Made by a program: the position numbers and the translations under genes
NCBI GenBank assembly: GCA_963701185.1
Contig: OY969569.1
Span: forward strand, 318,268 to 382,267
Direction: 5' to 3'
Length of the DNA: 64,000 nt
Origin: Candidatus Gottesmanbacteria bacterium
GTDB lineage: Bacteria; Patescibacteriota; Microgenomatia; UBA10105; UBA927
Shown here: positions 19,530 to 28,955 of the stretch, piece by piece
Numbering within the stretch: position 1 is the stretch's first letter
How the letters are laid out: each line of letters opens with the position of its first letter
Notes under the pieces: generated by a model
Databases searched by the model: none
What the model saw: only the letters and a program-made list of their open reading frames with translations
Told to the model about the DNA's origin: nothing

Positions 19530-20186
19530 TTACTCAAGATCGAGCGCCTCATTAAGGATAGGTTTTATATCATCGAAAAGACTTTGTTCAACAAATGATT
19601 CATACGATAACTGGTCGTACGTACGGGAAAAATAGAATAATATCGGTGCGGGTTGCACCCAGGATTGCGTAAAATGATGAAGATAATTGCCATAGGACGA
19701 ATAGGCATATTCCTTCAACCTGCGAGGACTCTCCTTGTAGGATGATAACGACAAAGGATTTCGATGGATATATTTTGAAAGATAAATAAATTGGTACTCA
19801 CTGAGAATTTTGACAGCTTTGTATGGACCTTGAAAGAGCGGACCGAGCCGATGATAGTGGGTATTAAAATATCGAACGTATTTTGTGAGGAGAGAACGTA
19901 AAAAGTGATCCATGCCATGCTCCGTAGTTTGCTTGATGAGTAAATGAAAATGGTTCGGCATCAAGCAATAACAAAGAAGTTCAATATCTCCGAAGTAGTT
20001 TTTTAATTTTTTAGAGGGCGCCACCTGCAAGGACTCTCCTTGCAGGCTGAGGTAGATCTTGAGAAAAGAAAGAAATGTTTTGTAATCCTTGTCTTCCCGG
20101 AAAATAACGCCTTTATCTACACCACGATTATAAATATGATAGTGCGCGCCCGGCTCATACTCTTTGATAACATTTTTTGCAGGCAT
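19530..20186 (-). CDS. IS200/IS605-family HuH tyrosine transposase of the REP-associated (RAYT-like) kind, with two in-frame REP insertions.
   Basis: The HuH motif is LMPNHFHLL, the catalytic Tyr motif is SKYIHRNP, and GPLFQGPY is present. The start is taken at the ATG (MPAKN); the TTG at 20219 lies inside a repeat copy. Confidence 0.7.
   Translation of the reverse strand: MPAKNVIKEYEPGAHYHIYNRGVDKGVIFREDKDYKTFLSFLKIYLSLQGESLQVAPSKKLKNYFGDIELLCYCLMPNHFHLLIKQTTEHGMDHFLRSLLTKYVRYFNTHYHRLGPLFQGPYKAVKILSEYQFIYLSKYIHRNPLSLSSYKESPRRLKEYAYSSYGNYLHHFTQSWVQPAPILFYFSRTYDQLSYESFVEQSLFDDIKPILNEALDLE
19718..19741. repeat. REP-like repeat, copy 2, inside the transposase ORF and in frame.
   Basis: The sequence is acctgcgaggactctccttgtagg. 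On the minus strand it translates to SYKESPRRL. Confidence 0.8.
20023..20046. repeat. REP-like repeat, copy 3, inside the transposase ORF and in frame.
   Basis: The sequence is acctgcaaggactctccttgcagg. It translates to LQGESLQV. Confidence 0.8.
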
Positions 20187-20211
20187 AGGATAAGTATACA
20201 ACCTCTTACAA

Positions 20212-20235
20212 ACCTGCAAGGACTCTCCTTGTAGG
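20212..20235. repeat. REP-like repeat, copy 4, at the 5' flank of the transposase gene.
   Basis: The sequence is acctgcaaggactctccttgtagg. Confidence 0.8.
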
Positions 20236-20280
20236 TTAAAGCCTCTTGCGCTTACCGTGTAAATTCCGCATACTCATTAT

Positions 20281-22545
20281 ATGACCATGACCAAAAAATA
20301 CGTTGTGTGGTTTAAGGACGTAGATAAAAATGATGTTTCCGTGGTCGGCGGGAAGGGGGCAAACCTCGGAGAGATGACAAGAGCGGGTTTCCCCGTGCCT
20401 CCGGGATTTATCGTGACAGTACACGCATATACAGAATTTATCGACCGGTCGCGCCTGAAGGAAAAAATATCCGCCCTTTTAAGCACGGTCGATGTCAACA
20501 ATTCCAAAAACCTTGATGAGGTGGCCAAAAAAGTACAGACACTTATTACCCGCGCGGAATTTCCGAAAGATATAGCACTGGAAATCATCCGTGCCTATTT
20601 TACGCTGGGCGGCTCACTCACGAAACATGCAGTTGTTGCGGTTCGTTCATCCGCTACCGCAGAAGACTTGCCCGGTGCGTCATTTGCCGGCCAGCAGGCG
20701 ACATTTCTCAACGTCCAGGGGGAAGCAAATCTTATTGAAAAAGTGAAGGAGGCATGGGCGTCGCTGTTTACCGCACGGGCAATTTTTTACCGCGCCACGA
20801 ATCATTTTGACCATTTTACAATAGGCATCGCAATTCCCATACAAAAAATGGTCGAATCGGAAAAATCCGGCATTATGTTCACGATCGACCCGGTGACCAA
20901 TGACAAATCCAAGATCGTTATTGAGGCCATTTACGGGCTCGGCGAAATGATTGTCCAGGGAGCCGTCACGCCCGATCATTATGAAGTAGGCAAAAAAACC
21001 GGCGCGATTACCAAAAAAGAGGCGCATATTCAGGAAAAGCTCATGCGGCGAAAGGGTGCGTCCAACGAAAATATACTCCTGAACAAGAAAGAGGGCGGGA
21101 AACAAAAACTGACGGATGCAGAAATCATATCGCTTGCAAAAATCGGACGGAAGCTGGAAACGCATTACTATTTTCCGCAGGATGCCGAGTGGGCGATTGA
21201 AAAAGGAAATATATATATCGTCCAAACACGGCCGGTCACCACGACGGGAAAAGACGAGCGAAAAACGTTTAGCCAAAATTCCGCTGCCGTTCTTATTGTT
21301 AAGGGAGATCCGGCCAGTCCCGGTGTCAAAACAGGACCGGTAAAAATACTGACGAGCGCAAAAGAAATAGGGAAAATTGTCCCCGGAGATATTCTTGTTG
21401 CCGAACAAACCAACCCCGACTACGTTCCTGCCATGCGCAAAGCCGTGGCCATTGTCACGGAACGGGGAGGAAGAACGTCACATGCGGCAATCGTCTCCCG
21501 CGAGCTGGGAATCCCTGCCGTTGTGGGGGCAAAAAACGTGAGGAGTCTCTTGAGGGACGGTCTCATCGTGACGGTCAACGGCTCTACAGGGCAAGTTTTT
21601 AAAGGGGCTATTCGCATCGCACAGACAAAAAATACCCGTTCAAAAGAACCTGTTCATACGGCGACCAAAGTCTACGTCAATTTGGCTGAACCAAGCCGCG
21701 CCGAAGCCGTTGCGATCATGGATGCAGACGGAGTGGGGCTGCTTCGGGCAGAATTTATGATTGCGGACATCGGCACGCATCCGAAAAAATTGATCGCTGA
21801 CAAAAAACAAAAACTTTTTGTTGACACACTCGCGGCACAGCTCGAAGTATTCTGCAGATCATTTGCTCCGCGGCCTGTCGTGTACCGGACGACCGACTTT
21901 AAAACGAATGAGTACAGGAATCTTAAAGGCGGCGCCGCATTCGAACCGGAGGAACCAAACCCGATGCTGGGATTCCGCGGAGCGGCCCGCTATATTGTCG
22001 ACCCGCGCGTATTTGAACTGGAACTTGCGGCCATTAAAACCGTCCGGAATAAAATGGGATATAAAAATCTCCACATGATGATCCCGTTTGTCCGCACGCC
22101 GAAAGAGCTGACGGACGTCAAAAAAATCATTGCCGCCAATGATCTCACACGCTCCGGCTCATTTAAACTCTGGCTCATGGTGGAAATTCCTACCAACGTT
22201 ATCCGCATTGATGACTTCCTCGACGCGGGCATAGACGGCGTTTCCATCGGCTCGAATGACCTCACCATGCTTATGCTGGGCACGGACCGCGATAACAGCG
22301 ACGTTGCCCATGATTTTTCGGAACTGGACCCCACACTTCTGTGGGCCTTTGAACACGTCATTAAAGCATGTGCCGCGCGCGGCGTTACAAGTTCCATGTG
22401 CGGGCAGGCGCCGTCCGACTATCCGCAGCTCGTCGATAAACTCGTCTCCTGGGGAATTACGAGTGTTTCAGTCAATCCTGACGCACTCAATCTCGTCCGG
22501 GAAACAATATATGAAGCCGAACAGAAATTGGTAAATAAAAAATAG
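20281..22545 (+). CDS. ppsA: Phosphoenolpyruvate synthase (pyruvate, water dikinase).
   Basis: It has an ATP-grasp N-terminus (GGKGANLGEM) and a phosphohistidine domain (GGRTSHAAIVSRELGIPAVVG). The length is 754 aa. Confidence 0.9.
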   Translation: MTMTKKYVVWFKDVDKNDVSVVGGKGANLGEMTRAGFPVPPGFIVTVHAYTEFIDRSRLKEKISALLSTVDVNNSKNLDEVAKKVQTLITRAEFPKDIALEIIRAYFTLGGSLTKHAVVAVRSSATAEDLPGASFAGQQATFLNVQGEANLIEKVKEAWASLFTARAIFYRATNHFDHFTIGIAIPIQKMVESEKSGIMFTIDPVTNDKSKIVIEAIYGLGEMIVQGAVTPDHYEVGKKTGAITKKEAHIQEKLMRRKGASNENILLNKKEGGKQKLTDAEIISLAKIGRKLETHYYFPQDAEWAIEKGNIYIVQTRPVTTTGKDERKTFSQNSAAVLIVKGDPASPGVKTGPVKILTSAKEIGKIVPGDILVAEQTNPDYVPAMRKAVAIVTERGGRTSHAAIVSRELGIPAVVGAKNVRSLLRDGLIVTVNGSTGQVFKGAIRIAQTKNTRSKEPVHTATKVYVNLAEPSRAEAVAIMDADGVGLLRAEFMIADIGTHPKKLIADKKQKLFVDTLAAQLEVFCRSFAPRPVVYRTTDFKTNEYRNLKGGAAFEPEEPNPMLGFRGAARYIVDPRVFELELAAIKTVRNKMGYKNLHMMIPFVRTPKELTDVKKIIAANDLTRSGSFKLWLMVEIPTNVIRIDDFLDAGIDGVSIGSNDLTMLMLGTDRDNSDVAHDFSELDPTLLWAFEHVIKACAARGVTSSMCGQAPSDYPQLVDKLVSWGITSVSVNPDALNLVRETIYEAEQKLVNKK

Positions 22546-22554
22546 TACATCGCT

Positions 22555-23823
22555 ATGGATCCAAAAATTTATTCCATAACAGCCCGGGAAATTCTTGATT
22601 CCCGCGGAGATCCGACGGTGGAAACGACGGTAGTTTTATCAAGCGGATATCGCGGGACCGTTTCGGTTCCGTCCGGAACATCCATCGGCAAGTACGAAGC
22701 CGTAGAACTGCGCGACATGGACGAAAAACGGTACGGCGGCATGGGAGTACTAAAAGCCATTGGAAACGTCAACAATACCCTCAACCAAAAACTCCACGGC
22801 ATGGACGGAGCCAATCAGGGACTTATTGATAAAACGATGGTGGACCTTGATGGCACGCCGAATAAAAGCAAACTCGGAGCCAACGCGATGTTAAGCGTAT
22901 CGCTCGCTGTTGCGCGGGCCGTCGCCAACCACCAAAAAATACCGCTGTATCAATATTTACATACCCTTGCAAACAACGGAAAAGCCGTCCCCATAACCCG
23001 TATACCCACACCGATATTTAATATCATAAACGGAGGAAAGCATGGGGCGGGAAACCTGGATTTTCAGGAGTTTCACCTTATCCCGGCATCCAACAAACCC
23101 TATCATCAGGCATTGGAAATCGGAGCTGTGGTATATCAGGCAGTCGAAAAAATTCTGGTATACCGGAATGCCGTTCACTCCGTCGGCTATGAGGGGGGAT
23201 TTGCACCGAATTTATTTACGAATATCGACGCGATGGAGATACTTCTCGAAGCGGTACGGACGACGCCATACCGGTTCGGCGTGGATGTCTTTTTCGGCCT
23301 TGACGTTGCGGCCTCCCATTTTAAATCAACACGCGGATATCAGATCAAAGACCGTTCCACGACATTCCAAACCGATGATTTCATCGAATATTTTAAAAAA
23401 CTCCACGAAAAATACCGCTTGCTTCTCTTGGAAGACCCACTGGGTGAAGACGATTGGGAGGGGTGGGTAAAGATCACGCGCGAATTAGGGACGGATGTCC
23501 TTATCGTCGGAGACGACCTGTTGGCAACAAATTCCCAACGCCTTCAGCGCGCCATCACGGAAAAAGCGTGCTCCGCAATCCTTGCCAAACCTAACCAGAT
23601 CGGAACGCTCTCGGAATTCCTCGCTGTTATCGTCCTGGCCAAACAGCACGATATCAAAACAGTGGTTTCCCATAGGAGCGGGGAAACCAATGACTCCTTT
23701 GTCGCGGATCTTGCCGTCGCCGTGCAGTCGGATTATGTAAAATTCGGTGCTCCCGCACGCGGAGAACGCGTTGCAAAATACAACCGGCTACTTCAAATTG
23801 AACAAGAATTAAAACCTCAATAA
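22555..23823 (+). CDS. eno: Enolase.
   Basis: The signature is SHRSGETNDSFVADLAV. Confidence 0.95.
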   Translation: MDPKIYSITAREILDSRGDPTVETTVVLSSGYRGTVSVPSGTSIGKYEAVELRDMDEKRYGGMGVLKAIGNVNNTLNQKLHGMDGANQGLIDKTMVDLDGTPNKSKLGANAMLSVSLAVARAVANHQKIPLYQYLHTLANNGKAVPITRIPTPIFNIINGGKHGAGNLDFQEFHLIPASNKPYHQALEIGAVVYQAVEKILVYRNAVHSVGYEGGFAPNLFTNIDAMEILLEAVRTTPYRFGVDVFFGLDVAASHFKSTRGYQIKDRSTTFQTDDFIEYFKKLHEKYRLLLLEDPLGEDDWEGWVKITRELGTDVLIVGDDLLATNSQRLQRAITEKACSAILAKPNQIGTLSEFLAVIVLAKQHDIKTVVSHRSGETNDSFVADLAVAVQSDYVKFGAPARGERVAKYNRLLQIEQELKPQ

Positions 23824-23829
23824 AAATAT

Positions 23830-25467
23830 ATGATTAAGCCTGTCGTGTTAATCGTTTTGGATGGGTGGGGTATTGCTCCTCCGGGACCCGGCAATGCCGT
23901 CTCGCTTTCACACCTCGTAAACATCCCTCATTATTGGAATACGTATCCGCATACCGAACTTTCGGCGTCGGGCACTTCTGTGGGTTTACCTGACGGAGAA
24001 GACGGAAACACGGAGACCGGACACATCAATATCGGAGCCGGACGCGTGGTGTATCAGGATTTACCGCGCATCAACATGTCCATAAGCGACGGGTCATTTT
24101 TTCAAAACGGCGCATTTTTAGGCGCCATCCGCTACGCTTCCCAACATCATTCCAACATCCACCTCATGGGACTCTTAAGCGATTCCGGCGTACACGCCAA
24201 CCGTGAGCATCTATACACACTCCTGACGCTCATCAAACAGCAGGGCGCGCAGTCTCCGGTGTATCTTCATCTGTTTACGGATGGCAGAGATTCCTCACCC
24301 ACCGCCGGCAGGCGCTTTGTCGCTGAAGTCGAAACAACATGCCATCGGCTCGGAATAGGAAAAATAGCAACAATCATGGGAAGGTACTTCGGCATGGACC
24401 GCGACAACCGCTGGGAACGTACGGAAAAAGCATATAGGGCGTTGACCGAACCGGTCGAACAGCAGGCCGCGTCGGCCCTGGAAGCCATAGAGAAAGCCTA
24501 TAAAGAAGGAAAGACAGATGAATTTGTCGAGCCGACAGCGATTACTGATGAGTCGGGGAATGTCCTGCCGAGAATCGGGAATCACGACGCCGTGATCTTT
24601 TACAATTACCGTATTGACCGCCCGAGACAACTTACCCGCGCATTTGTTCTCCCTAATTTTGAAGAACGGGGACTGGCTACATCATTCGATCCCTACGCCG
24701 TCAAATATTTCCATAAGCATCTAGTGGAAGCAGATAGCCGCGCTCATCCGTTTAAACGCGCAGTCATTCTTCCCAACATATTCTTTGTCACGATGACGGA
24801 ATATGAACGTGATCTTCCCTGCACCGTGGCGTTTCCCCCGCAACCAATTTATGAAACGATTTCATCAGTTTTTTCCGAATTAAATTTACGGCAACTGCAC
24901 GCGGCGGAAACGGAAAAAGAACGGTTCGTGACGTATTATTTCAACGGTTTAAAAGAAGCGGCATTCCCGGGCGAAGACCGGCTGATCATTCCCTCGCCGA
25001 AGGTGGCGTTGTATGACCTGAAGCCCGAAATGTCTTCGATAGAGCTCACGGATAAACTCCTGCAGCGGATATCCCTGGATATTTATTCGTTTATCATTGT
25101 CAATTTTGCCAACCCGGATATGGTTGCCCATACCGGCAATATTCAGGCTGCAATCCGCGCATGCGAGATAGCGGACGCGTGTATAAAAAGGTTGGTTTCT
25201 ACGATTCTTCCCATCGGAGGCACTTGCGTCATAACCGCAGACCATGGTAACGTAGAAGAAATGCTTGGTCCCAATGGAGAAATGGACACCGAGCATTCGA
25301 CGTATCCGGTACCGTTTATCATGATCGATCAAACCTTGTCTAATTATCCGCACAGTCTTCCGAAAGGCAAACTAGCCGACATTGCGCCGACGATTCTTTC
25401 GTTTCGCAAACTTGCCGTACCAATACCCATGAACGGGAAAAATTTACTGGCGGATCTGCCTATATAG
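23830..25467 (+). CDS. gpmI: 2,3-bisphosphoglycerate-independent phosphoglycerate mutase.
   Basis: The N-terminus is VLIVLDGWG. SDSGVHAN and the C-terminal TADHGN metal site are present. Confidence 0.9.
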   Translation: MIKPVVLIVLDGWGIAPPGPGNAVSLSHLVNIPHYWNTYPHTELSASGTSVGLPDGEDGNTETGHINIGAGRVVYQDLPRINMSISDGSFFQNGAFLGAIRYASQHHSNIHLMGLLSDSGVHANREHLYTLLTLIKQQGAQSPVYLHLFTDGRDSSPTAGRRFVAEVETTCHRLGIGKIATIMGRYFGMDRDNRWERTEKAYRALTEPVEQQAASALEAIEKAYKEGKTDEFVEPTAITDESGNVLPRIGNHDAVIFYNYRIDRPRQLTRAFVLPNFEERGLATSFDPYAVKYFHKHLVEADSRAHPFKRAVILPNIFFVTMTEYERDLPCTVAFPPQPIYETISSVFSELNLRQLHAAETEKERFVTYYFNGLKEAAFPGEDRLIIPSPKVALYDLKPEMSSIELTDKLLQRISLDIYSFIIVNFANPDMVAHTGNIQAAIRACEIADACIKRLVSTILPIGGTCVITADHGNVEEMLGPNGEMDTEHSTYPVPFIMIDQTLSNYPHSLPKGKLADIAPTILSFRKLAVPIPMNGKNLLADLPI

Positions 25468-25478
25468 AAAGGATATTT

Positions 25479-26597
25479 ATGAAAACAACTATTTCTGTCA
25501 TCAAAGCAGACACTGGTTCCGTTGGGGGTCATAACCGTCCGAGCGATGCGATGATTGCTAAGGCTAAAGAACGTGTGACGGGTGCAGTGAAGCAGGGCCT
25601 TCTTTCAGACGGATGCGTGACGTTTACCGGCGATGACATTGCACTTTTGATGATTCACGAAAGAGGCGCGGATAGTCCGGATATCCATAAATTCGCATGG
25701 GATACGTTTGTGGAAACGACAAAAATTGCAAAATCTCAGGGGTTGTACGGTGCAGGACAGGATCTTCTCAAAGACGCATTCTCGGGAAATGTCCGCGGCA
25801 TGGGTCCGGGATCGGCGGAAATGGAAATCGAAGAACGGGCAGCCGAACCCTTTATCGTATTTGCGGGAGACAAATGCGGACCGGGCGTATTTAACTATCC
25901 GCTGTTTTCCTGTTTTGCCGACCCGTATCACAATGCGGGGTTGCTGCTGGCACCGGAAATGCGGGCAGGATTCACCTACACCATTATGGACGTCAATCAC
26001 ACGGAGCACGATAAAGTCATTACGCTCAAAGTACCGGCCGATTATTATGATATTGCAACACTGTTGCGGGATCCAAACAGATATATCATCGAAAGCGTAA
26101 CGGAAAATGCAACAGGCCTTATTGCGGCAGTCGCATCAACAAGCAGATTGCATAATATCGCGGGAAAATATGTGGGCAAAGATGATCCGGTAGCCATTGT
26201 GCGCACGCAAAAGCAATTTCCGTCAACAGGAGAAATTCTCTCTCCATGGGCGCTCGCGCACTTCACCCTCGGGGATAATCGGGGAAGCCACCACGTTGCT
26301 GTGATGCCGGTTAAACAAAACAGCATCATTTCTTTCTTTGACGGGCCGACCATCATGTCTGCGGCAGGATACTGTGTCCACGAGGGGAAACTGACGGAAG
26401 CCGTGGATTATTTTGACCAGCCGTTCTGGGATGTCATCCGGGAGAAAGCATCCAATAAAACACTCGACATGCGCGCGCAGGGATTTTTCAACCCCGCCAT
26501 GGGTCCCCAGGATGAAATGGAATACACCGGCGTCATGGACAACCTGAAACGCTTGGACGCCAAGTTTGTAAAACGCGACGATAAACAGGCGGCATGA
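25479..26597 (+). CDS. fbp: Fructose-1,6-bisphosphate aldolase/phosphatase (class V FBPase, archaeal type).
   Basis: The N-terminus MKTTISVIKADTGSVGGH is characteristic of FBPA/P. The length is 372 aa. Confidence 0.85.
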   Translation: MKTTISVIKADTGSVGGHNRPSDAMIAKAKERVTGAVKQGLLSDGCVTFTGDDIALLMIHERGADSPDIHKFAWDTFVETTKIAKSQGLYGAGQDLLKDAFSGNVRGMGPGSAEMEIEERAAEPFIVFAGDKCGPGVFNYPLFSCFADPYHNAGLLLAPEMRAGFTYTIMDVNHTEHDKVITLKVPADYYDIATLLRDPNRYIIESVTENATGLIAAVASTSRLHNIAGKYVGKDDPVAIVRTQKQFPSTGEILSPWALAHFTLGDNRGSHHVAVMPVKQNSIISFFDGPTIMSAAGYCVHEGKLTEAVDYFDQPFWDVIREKASNKTLDMRAQGFFNPAMGPQDEMEYTGVMDNLKRLDAKFVKRDDKQAA

Positions 26598-28303
26598 AGG
26601 CAGATATATACAAAAAATCCGAAGGGGACTGGAAATTTCCGCCGAATCTCGAGGATTACGAGCACACACGGAAAATTTTTTCGTGGAACACCGCGCGTAA
26701 AGAGGTTGATTGGTTTGACGGGAAACTGAACGCCGCATACAATGCCGTAGACCGGCACACCCATACCTGGCGCAAAAACAAAGTCGCTCTGTATTGGGAA
26801 GACGAGGCGGGAAGCGAAAAAAAATATACGTTCGAGGAGTTGTCACTGCTGTCCAATAAAGTAGGCAACATTCTCAAGGAATTTGACGTTGGCCGCGGCG
26901 ACCGCGTGTTTCTGTTTCTGCCTCGCATACCGGAATTATATTTTTGCTTTTTAGGCATTTTAAAAATCGGAGCAATTGCCGGAACGCTTTTCAGCGCGTT
27001 CCAGGAACAGGCGCTTGCGGATAGACTGGCAAACAGCGAGGCGAAAATTCTTATCACAACGAAAGAATTAAAGCCGCGGGTTGATAAAATCCGCAAAAAA
27101 CTCCCGGCTCTCAAACATATCCTCATCGTTGACGAACCGTCGTTTACCAAAAGTCTCGATCATGCCGGCGACGAACTTCACATCGTCCAGATGAATCCGG
27201 ACGACTACGCATTTATGCTCTACACATCCGGCACGACCGGTAAACCGAAAGGCGTCATGCATGCGCACCGGGCGATCATTCAGGAACACGTAACGGCGCG
27301 TTGGGTGTTAGACCTTCGCGATGATGATACCTACTGGTGTACGGCAGACCCCGGCTGGGTCACCGGCATTGCCTATGAAATATTGGGAAGTTGGAGCAAC
27401 GGCGTCGCGGCCCTCGTCTATGCGGGCCGATTCGATCCGAAACGGTGGTACACGCTCCTTGCAAAATACCGCATTACCGTCTGGTATACGGCACCGACGG
27501 CCATCCGCATGCTTATGGCGGCAGGGTCAGCGCTCGTCAAAGAATTTGATTTAACGAACCTTCGTCATATGGGATCTGTCGGCGAACCGCTGAATCCCGA
27601 GGCCATCAAATGGGGCATCAAGGCATTCGGCAGACCGTTTCACGACAATTGGTGGCAAACGGAAACAGGCGCCATCTGCATCGCGAATTACCCGTGCATG
27701 GATATTAAAATCGGGTCCATGGGGAAACCTATCCCGGGGCTTACTGCAGATATTGTCGATGATGAAGGCCATGAACGTGGAACCCATAAAGAAGGCAACA
27801 TCGCACTGAAACCGAAATGGCCAAGTGAAATGCGCGCAATCTGGCGCAGGCCGCATAAATTCCAAAGTTATTTCGTCAACGGATGGTATATCTCCGGCGA
27901 CCGCGGTTGGAAAGATGAAGACGGATATTTCTGGTTTATCGGGCGGGCGGATGATGTCATCAAAACGTCAGGCGAACGGGTCGGCCCGTTTGAAGTGGAG
28001 TCCGCCCTTGTTGAACATCCTGCGGTCGTGGAGGCGGGTGTCATCGGCAAACCCGATGTCATGCGCGGAGAAATCATCAAAGCATTTGTCGTTTTGGAAC
28101 CGAATACAAAGCCGTCCGAAAAACTCAAAGCTGAACTGTCAGAATACGTCAAAAAACATCTGGCTGGCCACGCATATCCGCGCGAGATCGAATTTATCGA
28201 CAAACTTCCCAAAACCCGTTCCGGCAAAATCATGCGAAGGATTTTAAAAGCCAAAGAAATGGGCCTCCCCGTCGGCGACACCTCTACGCTTGAGGAATAT
28301 TGA
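26594..28303 (+). CDS. acs: Acetyl-CoA synthetase or AMP-forming acyl-CoA ligase.
   Basis: The AMP-binding motif is YTSGTTGKPKGV, and WWQTETG is present. Confidence 0.75.
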   Translation: MKADIYKKSEGDWKFPPNLEDYEHTRKIFSWNTARKEVDWFDGKLNAAYNAVDRHTHTWRKNKVALYWEDEAGSEKKYTFEELSLLSNKVGNILKEFDVGRGDRVFLFLPRIPELYFCFLGILKIGAIAGTLFSAFQEQALADRLANSEAKILITTKELKPRVDKIRKKLPALKHILIVDEPSFTKSLDHAGDELHIVQMNPDDYAFMLYTSGTTGKPKGVMHAHRAIIQEHVTARWVLDLRDDDTYWCTADPGWVTGIAYEILGSWSNGVAALVYAGRFDPKRWYTLLAKYRITVWYTAPTAIRMLMAAGSALVKEFDLTNLRHMGSVGEPLNPEAIKWGIKAFGRPFHDNWWQTETGAICIANYPCMDIKIGSMGKPIPGLTADIVDDEGHERGTHKEGNIALKPKWPSEMRAIWRRPHKFQSYFVNGWYISGDRGWKDEDGYFWFIGRADDVIKTSGERVGPFEVESALVEHPAVVEAGVIGKPDVMRGEIIKAFVVLEPNTKPSEKLKAELSEYVKKHLAGHAYPREIEFIDKLPKTRSGKIMRRILKAKEMGLPVGDTSTLEEY

Positions 28304-28955
28304 AGAGGAGAACAAATTCACCCTTCGGATTTGAAAAATGAGAGACTGTTTCTGAAATAGTTCCTTTCCATATTTCTTCATAAACTTTGGTTAATTCGCG
28401 GGCGACCACTATTTCAATATCTCCGAATGTCATTTTCATATCTTCAAGCGTTGTCACCAATTTATGCGGAGCGCAGTAGAAAATATATGTACTACTAATG
28501 AATCGATTCACTGATATGATATCGTTAAACAATTTCAAACGTTGCAGTTGTTTTTCCGGGGGATATCCCAAAAAACTGAATTTGTCCGGAGGTAATCCGG
28601 AGCTCGTGAGGGCACCCAAAACTGCCGAAGGGCCGGGGACACTTTCAACTTTTATCTCGCGTTTCACGCATTCACGGACTAGGCGGAATCCGGGATCGGA
28701 AATAAGCGGCGTCCCTGCATCAGACACGAGCGCGATATTTTTGCCGTTTTCCAGCCATTCAATGACTTCGGGGATCCGTTTATCCTCTATTTCATCATAA
28801 TAACTCACGAGTTTTGCTTTCGTTTGGATAAGCAGGCCGGTATGCCGCGTATCCTCACACAAAACCACATCAACGGATTGCAGTATTTTCACTGCACGAA
28901 GACTCATATCTTCTCTATTTCCTATCGGTGTTGAAACAATATATAATATTCCCAT
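28284..28955 (-). CDS. rsmI: 16S rRNA (cytidine1402-2'-O)-methyltransferase.
   Basis: The canonical start is MGILYIVSTPIGNREDMSLRAV...DVVLCEDTRHT. I reject the upstream 89-codon extension in the track because it overlaps dedA. Confidence 0.8.
   Translation of the reverse strand: MGILYIVSTPIGNREDMSLRAVKILQSVDVVLCEDTRHTGLLIQTKAKLVSYYDEIEDKRIPEVIEWLENGKNIALVSDAGTPLISDPGFRLVRECVKREIKVESVPGPSAVLGALTSSGLPPDKFSFLGYPPEKQLQRLKLFNDIISVNRFISSTYIFYCAPHKLVTTLEDMKMTFGDIEIVVARELTKVYEEIWKGTISETVSHFSNPKGEFVLLFNIPQA

Noticed and set aside
19506-20235. Regularly recurring 24-nt repeats as a possible CRISPR array.
   Set aside because: The repeats are palindromic hairpins with irregular spacing (212, 305 and 189 bp). 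The intervening spacers are the coding sequence of a transposase, there are no cas genes, and further copies are dispersed at gene ends. This is REP-like, not CRISPR.
20680-21408. A 242-aa minus-strand ORF (and other antisense ORFs at 21990-22397, 24949-25353, 26223-26846, 26656-27150 and 27868-28281).
   Set aside because: All lie inside, and opposite to, the strongly supported ppsA, eno, gpmI, fbp and acs genes. They are shadow ORFs.
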